Assembly (NCBI RefSeq): GCF_006345805.1
Contig: NC_042998.1
Location: 122,946,001 to 123,010,000, forward strand
Origin: Octopus sinensis
Taxonomy: Eukaryota
Reading direction: 5' to 3'
DNA: 64,000 bases
Below, piece after piece: positions 12,267-26,540 of this stretch. Below the pieces are notes generated by a model, which ran no database searches, had not been told where the DNA came from, and saw only the letters and a list, made by a program, of their open reading frames with translations. Numbering within the stretch: position 1 is the first letter of the stretch; each line of letters starts with the position of its first letter. A program made the position numbers and the translations under genes.

Positions 12267-14399
12267 TAACACTGACAGGAAAAGAATAACCAGCCGAGAT
12301 GTGTAAAACACACATGTAATAACCATTCACTTATTTGTTATATGTAACTTTCACATTCACTTAAAAGTTTCCTATAATAGTCACCAAGTCTAAATATGGA
12401 GGGATCACCATTTTGTACTGTCGCCATTATTTAATGTGTCTCATTTCTTTAAAGACGACTGTGTTCAGTTTTAGGGAAATTGGCTGCTATGTAGAATGTT
12501 AATCGAATACATAGGTGATCTCTCTTTGGTTCTTCATTCTTCCTAGATACAGTACAGTACTACCGCATTGCCATATATATATTTTACTTCATTGATGTAA
12601 TGTTTATGAGAATTTCAATAACATGAAGCGTTTGATTCAATCTACTTTGTAAGCCTCTTCAGAACTTAAACGAATATTTTACTTTCAATAACATTATGAA
12701 AATGATTTCTACTGTGTTGCCGCATCAAACCAATAAGCTGCAGGATTGAATACCATCGGCACATCGTATATATATTTTTCTTCAGGCAAATTTGCTACGT
12801 AAATTCTGAGAGGTGCATGTATTTTGTATATAGAGTGGCTTGCTACTTGTGTTACACAAATGCACAAGAACCACAAATGGAGAGTAGCCTTAAACAACGA
12901 CTTCTTAATATAGCCGAGGGATAAAATTCTTCAGTGCAAACACCAGTGTATAAAGTGAAGTATGTTGCATGTGAGTGATAATGTCTTTATACGCTGTAGA
13001 CGAGAGGAACACTAAATAAAATTGCCTCAGGATTTGAACTTAAAAGTGCTGAAGACGAAATTAATAATTACCATGAATTTACTGCAATAAAATTTTACTT
13101 AGACTATAGTTTTAATAGGCTATATGTTTTAATACATAAATAGAAAAAGCAATAAGAACTGCAACGATAACTATTAACAAAGAAAAAAATCAAATATGCT
13201 TCTCTTGTAAATCCTGAAATACTTCTTTAATGTCAAGCAACAACTTTGTACATATTTATTAATTATTTGATTCCATCTCTCGGATGTTTATTCTGAAATT
13301 TGATACATTATATCATAAGAAATGTACAGAAGACGTCATCTATAACACAGCCTATCCTACTCGTTTTCCATTAGCGATTCCAGTTGATATTTGTGATGGA
13401 GAATCTGACCTCGTCAAAGGCATCTTATTTAAATTCATACATTTTGATATTTATATTTTACATTCATTTTCTTTCTCTCTTTCCTACTTACAACGGGAAA
13501 AGGGAAATTAACACTCTAGGTTTGCAATATACAATATTCTAATTTTTACTACTTGTTAAAATTGCATGAATATATGAATATCTATTGGAAGATGAAAGAT
13601 TACAAGAGAAAATTCATATTCACTACAGACAGCTTTGCATTTTATACACTAATGTCTACTTTCTAAATAGGAAAATCGCAATAACTTTCGCTTAATATGG
13701 AGAACATGGCTCAGTTGGAAGCTCCTGATTTACGAACATTTAATGTGCTTGCGCACTCAGTAGTGTGCACACATAATAATTAACTTCCAACACAATTAAC
13801 AGCGATCGCGGGTGATCATAAGTGTCACCATATCACAACTCATACTATGTATTTAAAAAAAATTAACAGACTAAATGTGAACACGTTATGACTATGATTA
13901 CATAAAACTTCAAAACGTCATACTCGCACACCCCACTCTAAAGAAACACTTATTGGGAGGTGTTCAAGAGCATGAACCTTATTTTGTTCACTGCAGAAAG
14001 CTAACTGCATTTCATAGCCAATACAGTCTTCAATGTAGTTACATTTGAAATTGAAGTCAAAAAGGAAGGTTGTTCAACACAAAATTATCCAAGCGTGATA
14101 CATTTTGTATAATAATCTTTATAACACAATAAAGTCTATTAAATTTCCCTTTAACAGAGGGGTGAGGATATTTTAATATTTAGTCCGTGTAATATGGAGG
14201 GTGCTGATAGGTCTTGAATGCTCTCTGATACAAATTGGTTTGATATTATTGCTGATCGGCTTAAATTTCACCAGATGTTTTCCAGGGAAAAGGTAGGTAG
14301 GAAGAATATTCTAGAACCCTTTTTTAAATTTATTTAATATCAGGAGGAGGACGGGCGCATATGATGCATGCGAGTTGTTCAATGTGATCGGTGTCAAAT

Positions 14400-15330
14400 A
14401 TACCTATAGATGGCATTCAAGAGAAAAAAATGTGAAGAAATATCTGGGTGAACAGTAATTCTTCAGAAGAATGATCCAGAAGAAGGTTTTAGTGGAATTT
14501 GACATTAAGAGATAACAATAAGAGTTCGGAAGCGTACATCTGGTAGGTAGTTTGCTAGTTTTGAAGATATGAGACTGGAGTTGTGTCGTTAGAAAAACAG
14601 AAGAGAAAATGATGACCTATAACAAATTATTTGCAGTGTATAAGAAAACTTTTGCTGATCCGCTGAATGACCACGTTTTGGGAAGATGTTAGAATATTTG
14701 CTTTTATAGCAACAATGCCTGATAATCTATGTATAACTGAATGTAGGCTCACATGTAGAGGAATTGTAGCTGACAAATAATGGAGTAGAATGGAAGTGAA
14801 ATGCTTGTTTGTGGAGGTATTTTTGTCAGACTGTTTTATGTGATGCCATTATAAAGGAACACCAAATTACATCGCTTAGTAATTCCATCGGCTTTGAGCA
14901 TTTACGACATGTAATTTACGAGTGTTGCGATAGGATTATTCAAGAGATTCTGGGCGGGTTGAGGAGAATAGGTTATCATATTTTCATTTGCAAATGCTTT
15001 GTGATTACTGCTCATGGAAACTTCAAAATCTAACGTGATATGAAGTTCTCTGCGATATAGAATTGTGCGTGCTTCTCTTAGTTTAAGAGAAAAGAATGTT
15101 AGAAAAATCTATGTAGGTTTGTATAAGTATTTGTACGAGTGCGTGTGTTGGTGGGTAGCATTTGAAGCCTCTGTGGTATATCAGAGTTGACAGAATGTGA
15201 GGTGAAATGTCCTCTACCGAACCATATATTGAGTTGTCAAGCTAGCAGTTTTAATGCTAGGTCTAGCATTTTGAATCTAGTGTTCATCAAGAATAATAGC
15301 AGTTTGAAACATTCATTTAAAATTCTTTTC
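14400..15330 (-). mobile_element. Highly decayed Penelope-like element (PLE) fragment
   Basis: The minus strand gives weak matches to the PLE WFNPP-like, MASH-like and GIY-YIG C-terminal C..C patterns. Many stops and frameshifts. Confidence 0.35.
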
Positions 15331-15494
15331 TAACGTTATTCTCTGCTCATGATATTTTTACAATAGTTACCTTTTCTCTTTTTCCTCGTTTTCTACTTGT
15401 TTTGCTTCCTTATTTTTCTTTGTATTTTACAAACAGATTTTAGAGCTATTGGTTATTATTGAATGCTTTCTTTCACTTGTATGATACTCCAAAT

Positions 15495-16370
15495 AAAAGG
15501 CTATCGAGTACTTTATTATTATTACCTTTTCATTTCTGGCCGTGTGCAGAAGGGTGGACGATAAGTCATGTCCGCACATGTGTTCCCCACATAAAAATAT
15601 TTGCCAGCTATGGGAACCGACAATGCCATTGAAATGATAAGAATCAACAATGATGTCGCCAAGAAATTGAAACCGGGTATTCCATAATTATTTCTATTTG
15701 GATGTGTATGTCATTCTTTACAGCTGGCACTATTGCACACTTGTGCTGAATGCCTGCCAAGAAACTTAGTACTTTTAGTATTCGAAACCTATAAATGGTG
15801 ATGTCACTCTTCAACTAGACAAAGAGACCGCAACCAGCTTTACTTTGCTATGAGTGATAGGGAGCTTTTGAAGAATGTGAATTCTTGTGCATCTAGAGGG
15901 CTGCCAATAGAACCAGCTATGAGTAGACTTTTAAGCCAATGGTTTGAATTACAAACTCACTTCCAGACTACAAGTACAAAAGAAAGCGTTTTTACAGCTC
16001 AAACACACACACGAAATGTTTTCTGATTCTAGGAATTAACTTTTCCTTTTATTTTTGTATTCAATTCTAAAACATGTTCAGGAAATAAATAAAGTGTTTG
16101 AATCAAACACTGTTGACAAATCAAAATTACTTGAAAAATCTTTTGAAATTCATCAAATCTATTGGTGATATGATATGATATGATAGTATTGCCAACATAC
16201 AATTTATCCTCTTGATATCAGTGCTGATATTGAAGACTTTCCGAATCCTAAATCAAATTAATGCTACGAGTTCCAGTGAAAGATAGCAGAAATGATAATC
16301 AAGAAGAGTGAAACAGCTACCAAAGAAAATAATATCCGTAGAAGAGCCTTTATGAAGAGTTCAAGCAACG
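15495..16370 (+). pseudogene. hAT-family transposase fragment
   Basis: Translates to GTDNAIEM...GCVCHSLQLAL...LPRNL..LV.ETYKW..HSSTRQ...CASRGLPIEPAMSRLLSQWFELQTHF. This has the catalytic D, the CxxH motif and the TRW-equivalent segment. It contains stops. Confidence 0.75.
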
Positions 16371-16384
16371 TTCGCTAGGAATAA

Positions 16385-16530
16385 TATACTGAAGTTATGG
16401 TGTTTGGCTCATGATCATAGTATAGGGATTTTGATTCCTGTACTGGACAGCGCGTGGTGTTCTTGGGCAAATCACTTCAACTTACGTGGTTTGGTTAAAA
16501 ATGAGTACCAGTTGTGTCTCGGTACAGAAT
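16385..16530 (+). mobile_element. Decayed tRNA-type SINE head
   Basis: Degenerate A/B-box-like head followed by TGTTCTTGGGCAAATCACTT, which resembles the CTTGGGCAAGTGTCTT core of the other SINEs here. Confidence 0.35.
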
Positions 16531-18251
16531 GAGGTCTTCAATGTCTGGTCGCCATTACATTAGCTCCTGAAAAAATAACGAAAACCTAGAACCTGTTATG
16601 AAGCCATACTCTTTTGCGGGTAATTGTTTCCTCTTTAGGTAATGAACTATGTAAATTGAAGGCATTAACTTGCAGAGTAGAATAGATGCTGTAAACATTA
16701 ATTTTGCAGTGATTTCGTTGCTCATACCTGCTACTTGATCTTGCTCTGCAACATTTATGTAAGTATACATACCGAACTAAAAGAGAGATTCATCTTAGAT
16801 ATGGTAGAGCTGAACAAGACTGGTAGTAACCACCATCAGTTCGTTATATGTTGATTACTGTTTTAATGAATTCTACTTTATCTATGACTAACGGTATATA
16901 AATATGTTAGCACAATCTATCTCCTTGAATTTCGCGTGAATAAATTTCGCTTTTAACAGGAATTAGGTAAAAGTGTATATGCAAAAGAATGTAGTGGTAG
17001 TGTTTGTGACAATCGAAAAGTTTTTGATGTTAATTCTTGTTAGGAGTGTAATAATACAAAAAATAATAATGATGATAGCGTTATGTTGATTGAAGGATTT
17101 AGCTATCGTGGAGGAAAATTTAGGATTTACACGCTATGCGTATTAATACTGATAATAATAATGACAAAATTGAAGTAAGGGAAGGTAGTCTGTGGTAATC
17201 AAAAGTGATTAAGCTGATGCATGAACATGTAGCAACAATGAAAAAAGATGAGGTGGCTGAATTATTTGTGACATGAAAAAAAATCATCCATGGAGAAAAT
17301 CTACGCCGTAGCTGCAACAATCGTATTCGCAGGCATAACATTTGAACAAGTCAGAAAGCAATATGAAATATGCTGTATGCATCTGTATATGTATGTAAAC
17401 AAGGATGCATGTATGCGCATCTGGATGTGTACATACGTAAACATTCACACACACCAAACACATGTATGGTCACACACACAAACTCATGTATATATATATA
17501 TATACATTATTCTTCTAAATATTAATATCTTCTACAGCAATATAATCTCTTTTCTTACTTGTGACTTCATTATTCCAAGCAATTTCTCCCTTAACTGTAA
17601 CTGTTCTTTTGAAAGTTCTAAAGCTTTAATACAAAATAACTAAATTCCAAACAGGTAACAGCATTTTACATGGAAATTACATAGGATTAATCGAAAATTG
17701 CTTTGAAGTAAGTTTTTACCAATATATTCATGCATGCAAAGAAAGAAACCGTAACAAATTCCCACACGCCTTTGCAAAGATTTTCGTTTTCCTTTTTCCA
17801 TAAAAAAAAAAATTCAGATTTAGCAGTGTTTGAAATTAAAATGTCAAATCCCGGATAAACATATTACGATCATGGTACTTTGTATTCAAATGTATGGAAC
17901 AAAATTTGCTAAAACAAGCAATTACCTGATTTCAAGTTATCTAGCGAGAAAGGCATGCTGAGGTAAGTCGAACCAATTCTGACAGGCCTCAAAGTTTTTT
18001 TATTTTGTATTTATGTATTCTCTATTGACTATTTCAAATCATAATATGAACTCCATAAAGGTCAATATTCAGTTTAACTCTTCTCACATGTTAGAGACTT
18101 AGGCAGTTATATGTATATCTAGATTTCTTTCTTGCTAATATTGGGTCTGTTGGAGAGAGATATATTTGAATTTAAAAATAATTCTTATATACATATACAC
18201 ATATATAACATGCTATTTGCACCTATAGTGGCGTCCAGTACCCATATATGC

Positions 18252-18326
<75 letters not shown>

Positions 18327-18546
18327 ATATCGTGTACAGTAAAACACATTAAGAAGCTTCCAACATAGGAAACCTTTGCGCCAGAAAGAGTAGTAAAAAA
18401 CTCAAACCACTAATTAAGGATAAATTCTCGAACGGAATGAAAATTAAAAGCACGATATTTTATATGAATAATATATAGTCTATTGACTAAATTTTTGCGC
18501 TAGGCCACTGGTAATAAAAAAATTCTATAATTCTTATTACCCTAAT

Positions 18547-18594
<48 letters not shown>

Positions 18595-18595
<1 letters not shown>

Positions 18596-19150
18596 TATTA
18601 ATTGAACGCGACGCAACCATTTCAAGTACGTTTATATTCACCATTTTTATGCTACTCTCTACTGCATTCTTTTTTCCTCCATCCTTCTTTAATTCCCTTT
18701 TTATCCCCCTTCCTCCTTCACCGTTTTCTGTCTGTCTCTCTGTCCTCTCTTTCTCTTTTTTTCTCCCTCTCTCTCTCTTGTTGCTCGGACGTGACAATCG
18801 TCTATCTTTCTTTTCCTCACATGACCATCTTTCTTTTGAAAAATGTTTCACCCAGCTTTCACTCTTTTCCTCTCGTTCTGGTCTAATGACGCTCCTTGTT
18901 TTTTCCATTCGGTTTCCTTGTATGTCTCCGCTGTCATTTTTTGTTCTCAACTTGGACCTTCTATAAATCCTAAATTCTATTTTAGAATTTATGGGAGCAA
19001 CTGGCTTTGAAAACTCATATTGTCGTTGAATGATCGAAATGAGTTGTAGATAGACAGCCGACAACTGATGAAGGGTCCTGCTTTCTATTTTTTCACTTTA
19101 CGTATTTCATGTCATTTGCACTTTTGGTGACATCGTGTACCCATCTTTCC
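18595..19150 (+). mobile_element. Possible PLE 3' fragment between two (TA)n tracts
   Basis: Has an LIERDATISS-like C-terminal remnant, a pyrimidine-rich UTR and an isolated CTGATGA at ~19065 with no matching GAAA. Confidence 0.3.
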
Positions 19151-19212
<62 letters not shown>

Positions 19213-19315
19213 TTACATGTGTATATATAAACTTAGTTTGCGATACCTTAATAATATATATAAAGCAAGCTGATGTAGTTGTATGCTCAATATATAATCC
19301 GCCGATGATATAAAG

Positions 19316-19535
19316 GGCAGCGAGCTGGCAGAATCGTTAGCATGCCGGGAAAAACTTAGCGGTATTTCGTCTACCGTTACGTTTTGAGTTCAAATTCTGT
19401 CCAGGTCGACTTTTCCTTTCATGTCTTTCGGGTCGATTAAATAAGTACCAATTACGCACTGGGATTGATTTAATGGACTTAATCATTGCCCTTGCTGTCC
19501 CCTCTATGTTTAGCCCCCTATGGGCAATAAAAAAA
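19316..19535 (+). mobile_element. tRNA-type SINE, family 2
   Basis: Head GGCAGCGAGCTGGCAGAATCGTTAGC and B-box GAGTTCAAATTC. Further copies lie at 51396, 52795, 57222 and 63631-63960. Confidence 0.85.
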
Positions 19536-19544
19536 ATATATATC

Positions 19545-21595
19545 ATGCGCCGAATACCACAAAATATGATGGCAAGTTTGAGGATAGCTTTAAACAAATT
19601 GAAGAGTTATTAGCAAACCTAGATCAGAACATCAACATACACTTCATGGGTATTTTCAACCTCCCACATGTTAAATTGCCAAAAGGCCACATCACCTCTG
19701 GGAATTCACTGTTCGAACAAAAGCATATAGAATCATTACTTGAACGTACTAATATCGTTTTTATGGAGCACGTCATACTCAGGCCAACAGGAGAAACAAC
19801 ATATTGGACCTTTGTTTTACAAATAATGTGGACCTTATCCATAATGTGAAGGTGACACCAACAACACTCTCAGATCGGAACATTGTTGAACTAACTATGA
19901 ATGGGCCTGCGCAAACTGCTGGTATCTAACCTATCAGGAGGGATCAAACCTTATCCAATCTCAATTTCTATAAAGCAAAATGGGAATCAATCCGCAAAGA
20001 GATCTACAAATAAAACTGGTCCAACATTCTAAACTCAGCGTGTTTATGCCAACAGCTCGAGCTATATGCACTAAATATACCCCAAAAAGAAAGACCAGCA
20101 CACCCACAAACAAGCTTTCCAGGGGCATAAAAATCTTTATGAGACGTAGGCCAAACGTCTCAAAGTGGCTGAATAGGCAACTGAAGGATGAGGAGAAGTC
20201 TATCTTAATACGGACACTCTTAGAAATCGAAAGCAAGATCAAGCTCTCTCACAAAAGGGAAAGAGCAGAGAGAAGAGAGTTGTGGAAAGCATAAAAACAA
20301 ATCCCAAAGCTTTCTATAAATTCACAAAGGAAACATCCACAATACAATATACAATAGCATCATTGTTCCAAGGGAATGACTCACTAACAGCGGACCCAGA
20401 AAGGATAGGTGAAAAATTTAAAAGTATCGTCACTCCTCCGGACACATGCAGATAAATATCCGGCTGAATTCTTTAATATTGTAGCTCTAAAAAAGGAGGT
20501 GCCAGCCATCGATTACATCAACATTTAGGAGACAGATGTAAAAGCAGCCATAGATGAAATCAGCTCACGCTCCAAAACTGTTCTTGATGGCTTCCCCGCA
20601 TTTGAGATACTTTTCCACTGTTTCTTTGCAAGTGGTAAACTTCCTAAAAAGCTAAAAGAAGGCATTATATGCCCTTTCCACAAAGGCGGAATCAGGGAAG
20701 AGGCCAAAAACTACAGGCCGATCTCTCTGACTTCACATATCAGTAAAGTCATGGAACGAATCATCAGAAAAGAGTGGATAATGTTCCTAGAAGAAAATGA
20801 CTTACTTAACAATACACAGCATGGATTCCGTCCAGGAAGAAGCTACCTCACAGAACTCATACAGCACTATGACTGGGTTTTGAAACAGCTTCATGACCAT
20901 AAATATATCAGCGTGATATACCTTGACTTTGCAAAGGTATTTGATAATTAAGATCACGGTATGATATGTCATATGTTACGAGACTTTAGCATTGCTGGTA
21001 AACTGGGAGGGTGGCTGCATGCTTTCTTAAAGACAGAAGACAGGTAGTTGCAGCCAATGGTGCCCTTTCTGAGGAAACCCAAATCCTAAGTGGCGTCTTT
21101 CAGGGAACTATTCTGGGGCCATCACTGTTCATAATAGCCCTCTTACACATGCCCACGCTGACTCGGACAGCCACCATCATTAGCTATGCCGATGGTACAA
21201 AATTATCGCAGGCAATAAAACATGTCGCAAGCTTACAGCCGGACCTGAATTCGATATACAAGTGGACCGAAATAAACAACATGCAGTTCAATGATGGACA
21301 ATTTCAAGCACTGCTCTCTTAACTCAGTAACGTACTACAACCTGCATATACAGGACCCGAAGTCACTACAATCCCTTAGTCACAGGCAGTGAGAAACTTG
21401 TATGTGCAACGACGCATCATTTTATATGCGCATTACCAAGATGGCAGCAATGTGCAGCCAACTAGCAGGATGGCTACTCAGGTCCTTCAAGACAAGAGAC
21501 CGAGAAAATATGTTGACCTTGTGGAGAACCTTTGTTCTCAGCCGTCTGGATTACTGCTCCCAGTTATGGTCAATATAGAATGTTTTTGTATGCAC
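19545..21595 (+). mobile_element. CR1-type LINE ORF2 remnant (partial endonuclease + RT)
   Basis: Motifs IFNLPHV, ILDLCFTN, KAFYK, NYRPISLTSHISKVMERII, QHGFRPGRS, IYLDFAKVFD, SGVFQGTILGP, SYADGTK and DYCSQLW. Multiple stops and frameshifts. Confidence 0.9.
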
Positions 21596-22220
21596 GTGAT
21601 TTAAAAAAGACATGTACAAGATAATTTATTTAATAGCATACTTTTCTGTTAGTAAATATCTTTTTTCTTACACACACTCGCCTGTTGCGTGGTGGGGTTA
21701 ACTATTTAAACTACAATTTTTTTCCTTGTTCTTAAATCCGAACAATTGACCAGCGCATTACCAATCCATAAGATGTATTTATGAGAAGAAAAATATTGAA
21801 AAACATCAACACATGCCAGAGTGATAAAGCAAAGAGGAGGGTACCAGGTGGTCGTGCGATGCGCTAGAAACAACAGATAAATCTCCCTTAAAATACCTTT
21901 CGTCTGAAATTATTTTGAAATTATAAACGAAAGCAGATTTTAGATTCGGATATCTATGTTTTAAATTTTAATGAAAAAAATAAAAGAAAAAGGAAAAAGA
22001 GCCGAAGATTTAGGATTTATTTTTAATGAGAAAATGTTTTAAAACTTCACTATTGTTTTTAAATTGCGTTTCATTTTCCGTGATATCTCACAAACATATT
22101 TTAACTTCCCTAAGGTTCGCTTATATCTAAACACTGCCATGCCGATGATATAATATTTATCGCCAAGCTGTTGTTGATTATCTCCGAGAGGCCATCGCAT
22201 CTAGCTAGTTCTGTGACATT

Positions 22221-22311
22221 ACAACCTTCGAACAGGGGAACTCATCAGCTTTCCCTTGCTGGTTCAACAACCACAGACCGGTTTCGGAGTATTTGCCACT
22301 AATCAATGTGG
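22221..22311 (-). ncRNA. Two degenerate minimal hammerhead-ribozyme motifs (PLE-type)
   Basis: Minus strand reads CCACA-TTGATTA-...-GAAA-CCGG-TC-TGTGG (stem I CCACA/TGTGG, palindromic stem III). A second CTGATGAG lies at 22248-22241. Confidence 0.55.
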
Positions 22312-22369
22312 AGTAGCTGAACCCAGAGAGATTTAAAAATAATAATAATAATAATAATAATAATATATA

Positions 22370-23636
22370 CAGGGGTTGGACAAAATAATGGAAACATCAT
22401 CATAGCATCATAATTTTGAAGTATCTATAAAACCGTCAAGAGCTTGTTTATTTTTATGTTTCTTGATTCATTATTAGTGTTGCTTAAAATGTTTTGCTAA
22501 AATTGCTGTTTCTTTTCAGGTATCATCAGAGAAAGGCAATTAAAATTCATTAAAATGACAGAGTTATCAGACTTTCAAAGAGCTCAAATTATTGGTGTTC
22601 GTATGGCAGGCGCTAGCATAACGAAAACAGCCGAAACTTTTGATGTATCAAGAAGTACTGTCTCGAAAGTAATGACTGCCTTTGAGAAAGAGGGAAAAAC
22701 CTCCTCGTCGAAGCAGAACTCCGGAAGAAAACCAAAACTTTCGGATAAGGACTGTCGGACTATCACGCGAATTGTTAGAAAGGATCACAAAAGTACAGCT
22801 CCCAAAATTACTGCAGGGCTTAATGACCGCCTCGAGAACCCAGTTTCCACAAAAACTGTTCGCCGGGAGCTGTGTGAAGACAGATTTCATGGGAGGGCTG
22901 CAATCATAAAACCACTACTTTCAAAAACAAACGTTGCAAAGCGTTTAGAGTAGAGTAAAAACCTACAGAATTGGTCCCTAGAGCAGTGGAAGAATGTTAT
23001 TTTCCTGGACGAGTCATCCTTTACCTTATTTCAGATCACCGGCCGAGAATACGTGTGGAGACAACCAAAATAAGCATTTGACCCATACTGCCTTCTTTCA
23101 ACTGTTAAACATGAAAGAGGATCTGTGATGATCTGGGTGGGGACTATATTTTGGAAATCCACCGGCCCAATGGTTTCCCTTCGTGGCAGAATTAATAATC
23201 AAGACTAAGCATTTTATCTGATCAAATTCATCGTAAGGTTGCGGAACTGTTTCTGGAGGGAAACGCAATCTTTCAGGATGATAATTCACGAATTCACACA
23301 GCTAAAGTTGTTACTGAAATGACACAAGGAATATTCTAGTGAAGTTGAACATCTTATCTGGCTAACACAATCCCCAGATCTCAATATTATGGAACATTTA
23401 TGGTGCATTTTAGAGAAACAAATAAGGATTCGATATTCTCCACAATCATCAATACAAGAACTGGAGACTATTTTAGTTCAAGAATAAACAAAATTCCTTT
23501 GGAAACAATCCAAACTTTGTAAAAGTCCATACTTCGTAGAATTCAAGCTGTAATTACAGCCAAAGGTGGTCCTACTCCATATTAAAATAAGTTGTTTGAA
23601 ATTTTAAGGTATTTCCATTATTTTGTCCAATCCTAG
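22370..23636 (+). mobile_element. Tc1-like DNA transposon, full length (~1.27 kb), defective
   Basis: TIRs CAGGGGTTGGACAAAATAATGGAAA / TTTCCATTATTTTGTCCAATCCTAG, with TA on both sides. Confidence 0.95.
22555..23585 (+). pseudogene. Tc1 DD34E transposase pseudogene
   Basis: Paired-like HTH N-terminus (ORF 22555-22953, GRKPKLS), then FLDES, FQDDN, SPDLNIMEH and the C-terminal KGGPTPY*. Internal stops and frameshifts. Confidence 0.92.
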
Positions 23637-24968
23637 TATATATAGACACACACACACACAAATATGCGTTTCAATAAGCGCGAATTTTTCAGGAGGAAGA
23701 TCTATGTATTGTGGGATGTAAGAAAAAATGTGGAAAAGAGAGTGGGAATCAAAAATCGTTAACTATCAATACGTTTCTACCTCATGACTGCCGGCTCAAC
23801 CTTGTATTACATATTGCCAGTAGATTTAAAAAAAAAACATATACCCGTTAAAAAGTACTTCTTAAAGGTTTCCCTGAGTTAAGTTACCATCGAGATTAAG
23901 TTGAAATCTATTATATAAATAACGAGAAGTGATTCATTATTAAAAGTGTTTCGATACTTTTACCATAATATTTCTGAGCTGTGTTTCATTACTATATATA
24001 TTTTGATTTAATTCTGTTCCACATTTGTTTGACAGGATCGATAAGATCAAAACATTCTGCAGTTTTTCACTAATCATTAAATTTATAAATAAATATTTAT
24101 TCTCGGCGACTTTTACGTATTGAGTCTTTTATAGAGTAATAATAGTGTTATTGATAACCATTCACACACACGCATTCTCTTTCTCCCTCTCTTGCCCGCA
24201 CATATGCACCAACACAAACATGCAAACATACATACATACATACATACATACATACATACATACACACATACATACATACATACATACATACATACATACA
24301 TACATACATGCATGCATATATATATGTGATATATATAAGACGTATATTATATGTATGTATGTGTATATATATATACTTGTATGTATATATGTTTCAGATA
24401 TGAACACGTGTGTAGATGAACACACACGCACACACACACATATGTGTATTTGTATGTATGTATATATATGCATGCATAAATACACATGAAAGCATTTTTA
24501 CGTAAATGGAGATCGTCAACTTTTATTAGCAAATATCTCATTGCAGCCATGCCTGCAATTGCTTTGACACACGCACAAAAACAACCGCACGTATGTACAG
24601 ACACTCACACACACACACACATTCACACACACACACACACTCACACACATTGTACATAGATATAAGCAACCACTTACATAATTCACACATATTGAGTGTG
24701 GGGTTAACTTGTCAATACTGGAATTAAGGAGACCACAACAGAGTGTAATTTAATATATCTGAATTTACGTTAACAATAGGGTAATATATGAGTGTACAAA
24801 ACTTTCGAAACTATTAGATTTGGGTGAAGTGACTAAACGCAGGGTTAAAAAGAGTGTAAGTTATAAGGCAAAGGGAAGGAATAGAGTCAGTTTATTAGGA
24901 AAAGGGATACTCTTTTGGGGTTTACATGCATACAAATATAGACACATGCTCAAACATTGATGCACCAC

Positions 24969-25021
<53 letters not shown>

Positions 25022-25673
25022 TGGTACATACATACATTAGGGTATACTCTGAGGTACCTTTGCGTATTGATAAGTATATGTACAAAAGTATTATAGGAAT
25101 GAAACATTCTTGCAGGTAAATAAATATAAATAAATGCAGGTACATGTGCGCATTAAAAAAATAAACTCCCAAGATAATAACACACAGCTATTTGAAAAAA
25201 GGCACACACAACCATATACATATATATATATATATATATGCATGCACACGTACATACATATACCTATTAACACACAGAGAAAAGTATACACGCATATTAA
25301 ATCTCAAATAAAGAGAAATTTCTCCCATGTGGGAAATCTTACCTAATATTCTAGATGTAAATTCTATAGGTTATTGCACTGCGTAATGGAAAAAAAAACA
25401 GCAGTAGGTAACTATGTAAATGTTACGATTTATTTTCTAACATACGAGAGTTCCACATTTTCTACGATATATGTACAAACTGTGTACGGAATAGGAAGTT
25501 AAGATTATATTAATGAACAAATTTAAGGAGCCCGTAAACGCATAAATAATGTTATGCTTATAAAATGTTTTCTACCAAGTACAAGCAGACGCAACTAAAT
25601 ATTTTCTCTTTTTTAATTTCGTGGAAAGAATTGCTTTCAAAGGAAGTAATAATAATAGTAGTATTAGTAGTAT

Positions 25674-25712
<39 letters not shown>

Positions 25713-26455
25713 CAGCAGCAGCAGCAAATGATAATAGTAGGGGCAATAGTATTTGCAATGGAAACAGTGATAATAATACTTATGCAACCTTAGTAATAAA
25801 GATGCGTTCCCTTTTGATGGTAACTGTCTCCGAAGAAACATAATACATAAATGATCAGTAGAGACGCACAAAAATGTATATTAGTATGTAGGTGCGAACA
25901 TGAGTCGCTTTAAGAATAGATGGGGGAACCACATTTCTTCAATTAGGAACAGAAAAAAAGAAAAGCTGCTTCAGAATATTAAATTCATTCAAGGGAGGAA
26001 TACTGTTAATAGTATAGGGTATTTTTCAACATCGAATATAGGTGGGTCCTTTACAGAACACCCGCCTTGATTTCTATGATCAAGCCGTATGCTGTGGTTA
26101 AAAGGTTTCAATGTCATTTGTGATGTTGCGCTCCCCAAATCGTGATATCTAAGCCGCAAACTGATTCGTTATTATACAGTTCGGTAAGATTCAGCCTACT
26201 GGAGTATTTAAAGGATAATATTCGGTCACTTCACTATAGTTATCGATAGCGAAACGAAACTGTCAGTTAATAATACTACGACGCAAATTTGAAGAGTGCT
26301 GAAAGCATGGAAGTACCTGTCCCAATACAATAAGTAATATTGTAAAATAGTAAGTTATGCAAAAGAACAAAAAAAAACCCCACCACCGAAAAAGTGAAAC
26401 TCAGACTACTTTGTATTTGACTATTATATTTTCCTGTATAAAATCATACAAACTG

Positions 26456-26465
26456 ATCTATCTAT

Positions 26466-26537
<72 letters not shown>
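26456..26537 (+). repeat. (ATCT)n microsatellite (others at ~55864-56012 and ~60975-61190)
   Basis: Direct reading. Confidence 0.97.
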
Positions 26538-26540
26538 GCA

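Noticed and set aside
16727-16744. Candidate 18-nt minus-strand microexon (AG/GTATGA); a similar plus-strand one lies at 17945-17962
   Set aside because: Weak polypyrimidine tracts and no flanking exons. These are expected by chance.
18537-19064. 175-aa K/E/R-rich ORF
   Set aside because: It is the antisense reading of a pyrimidine-rich UTR-like tract that runs into (TA)n.
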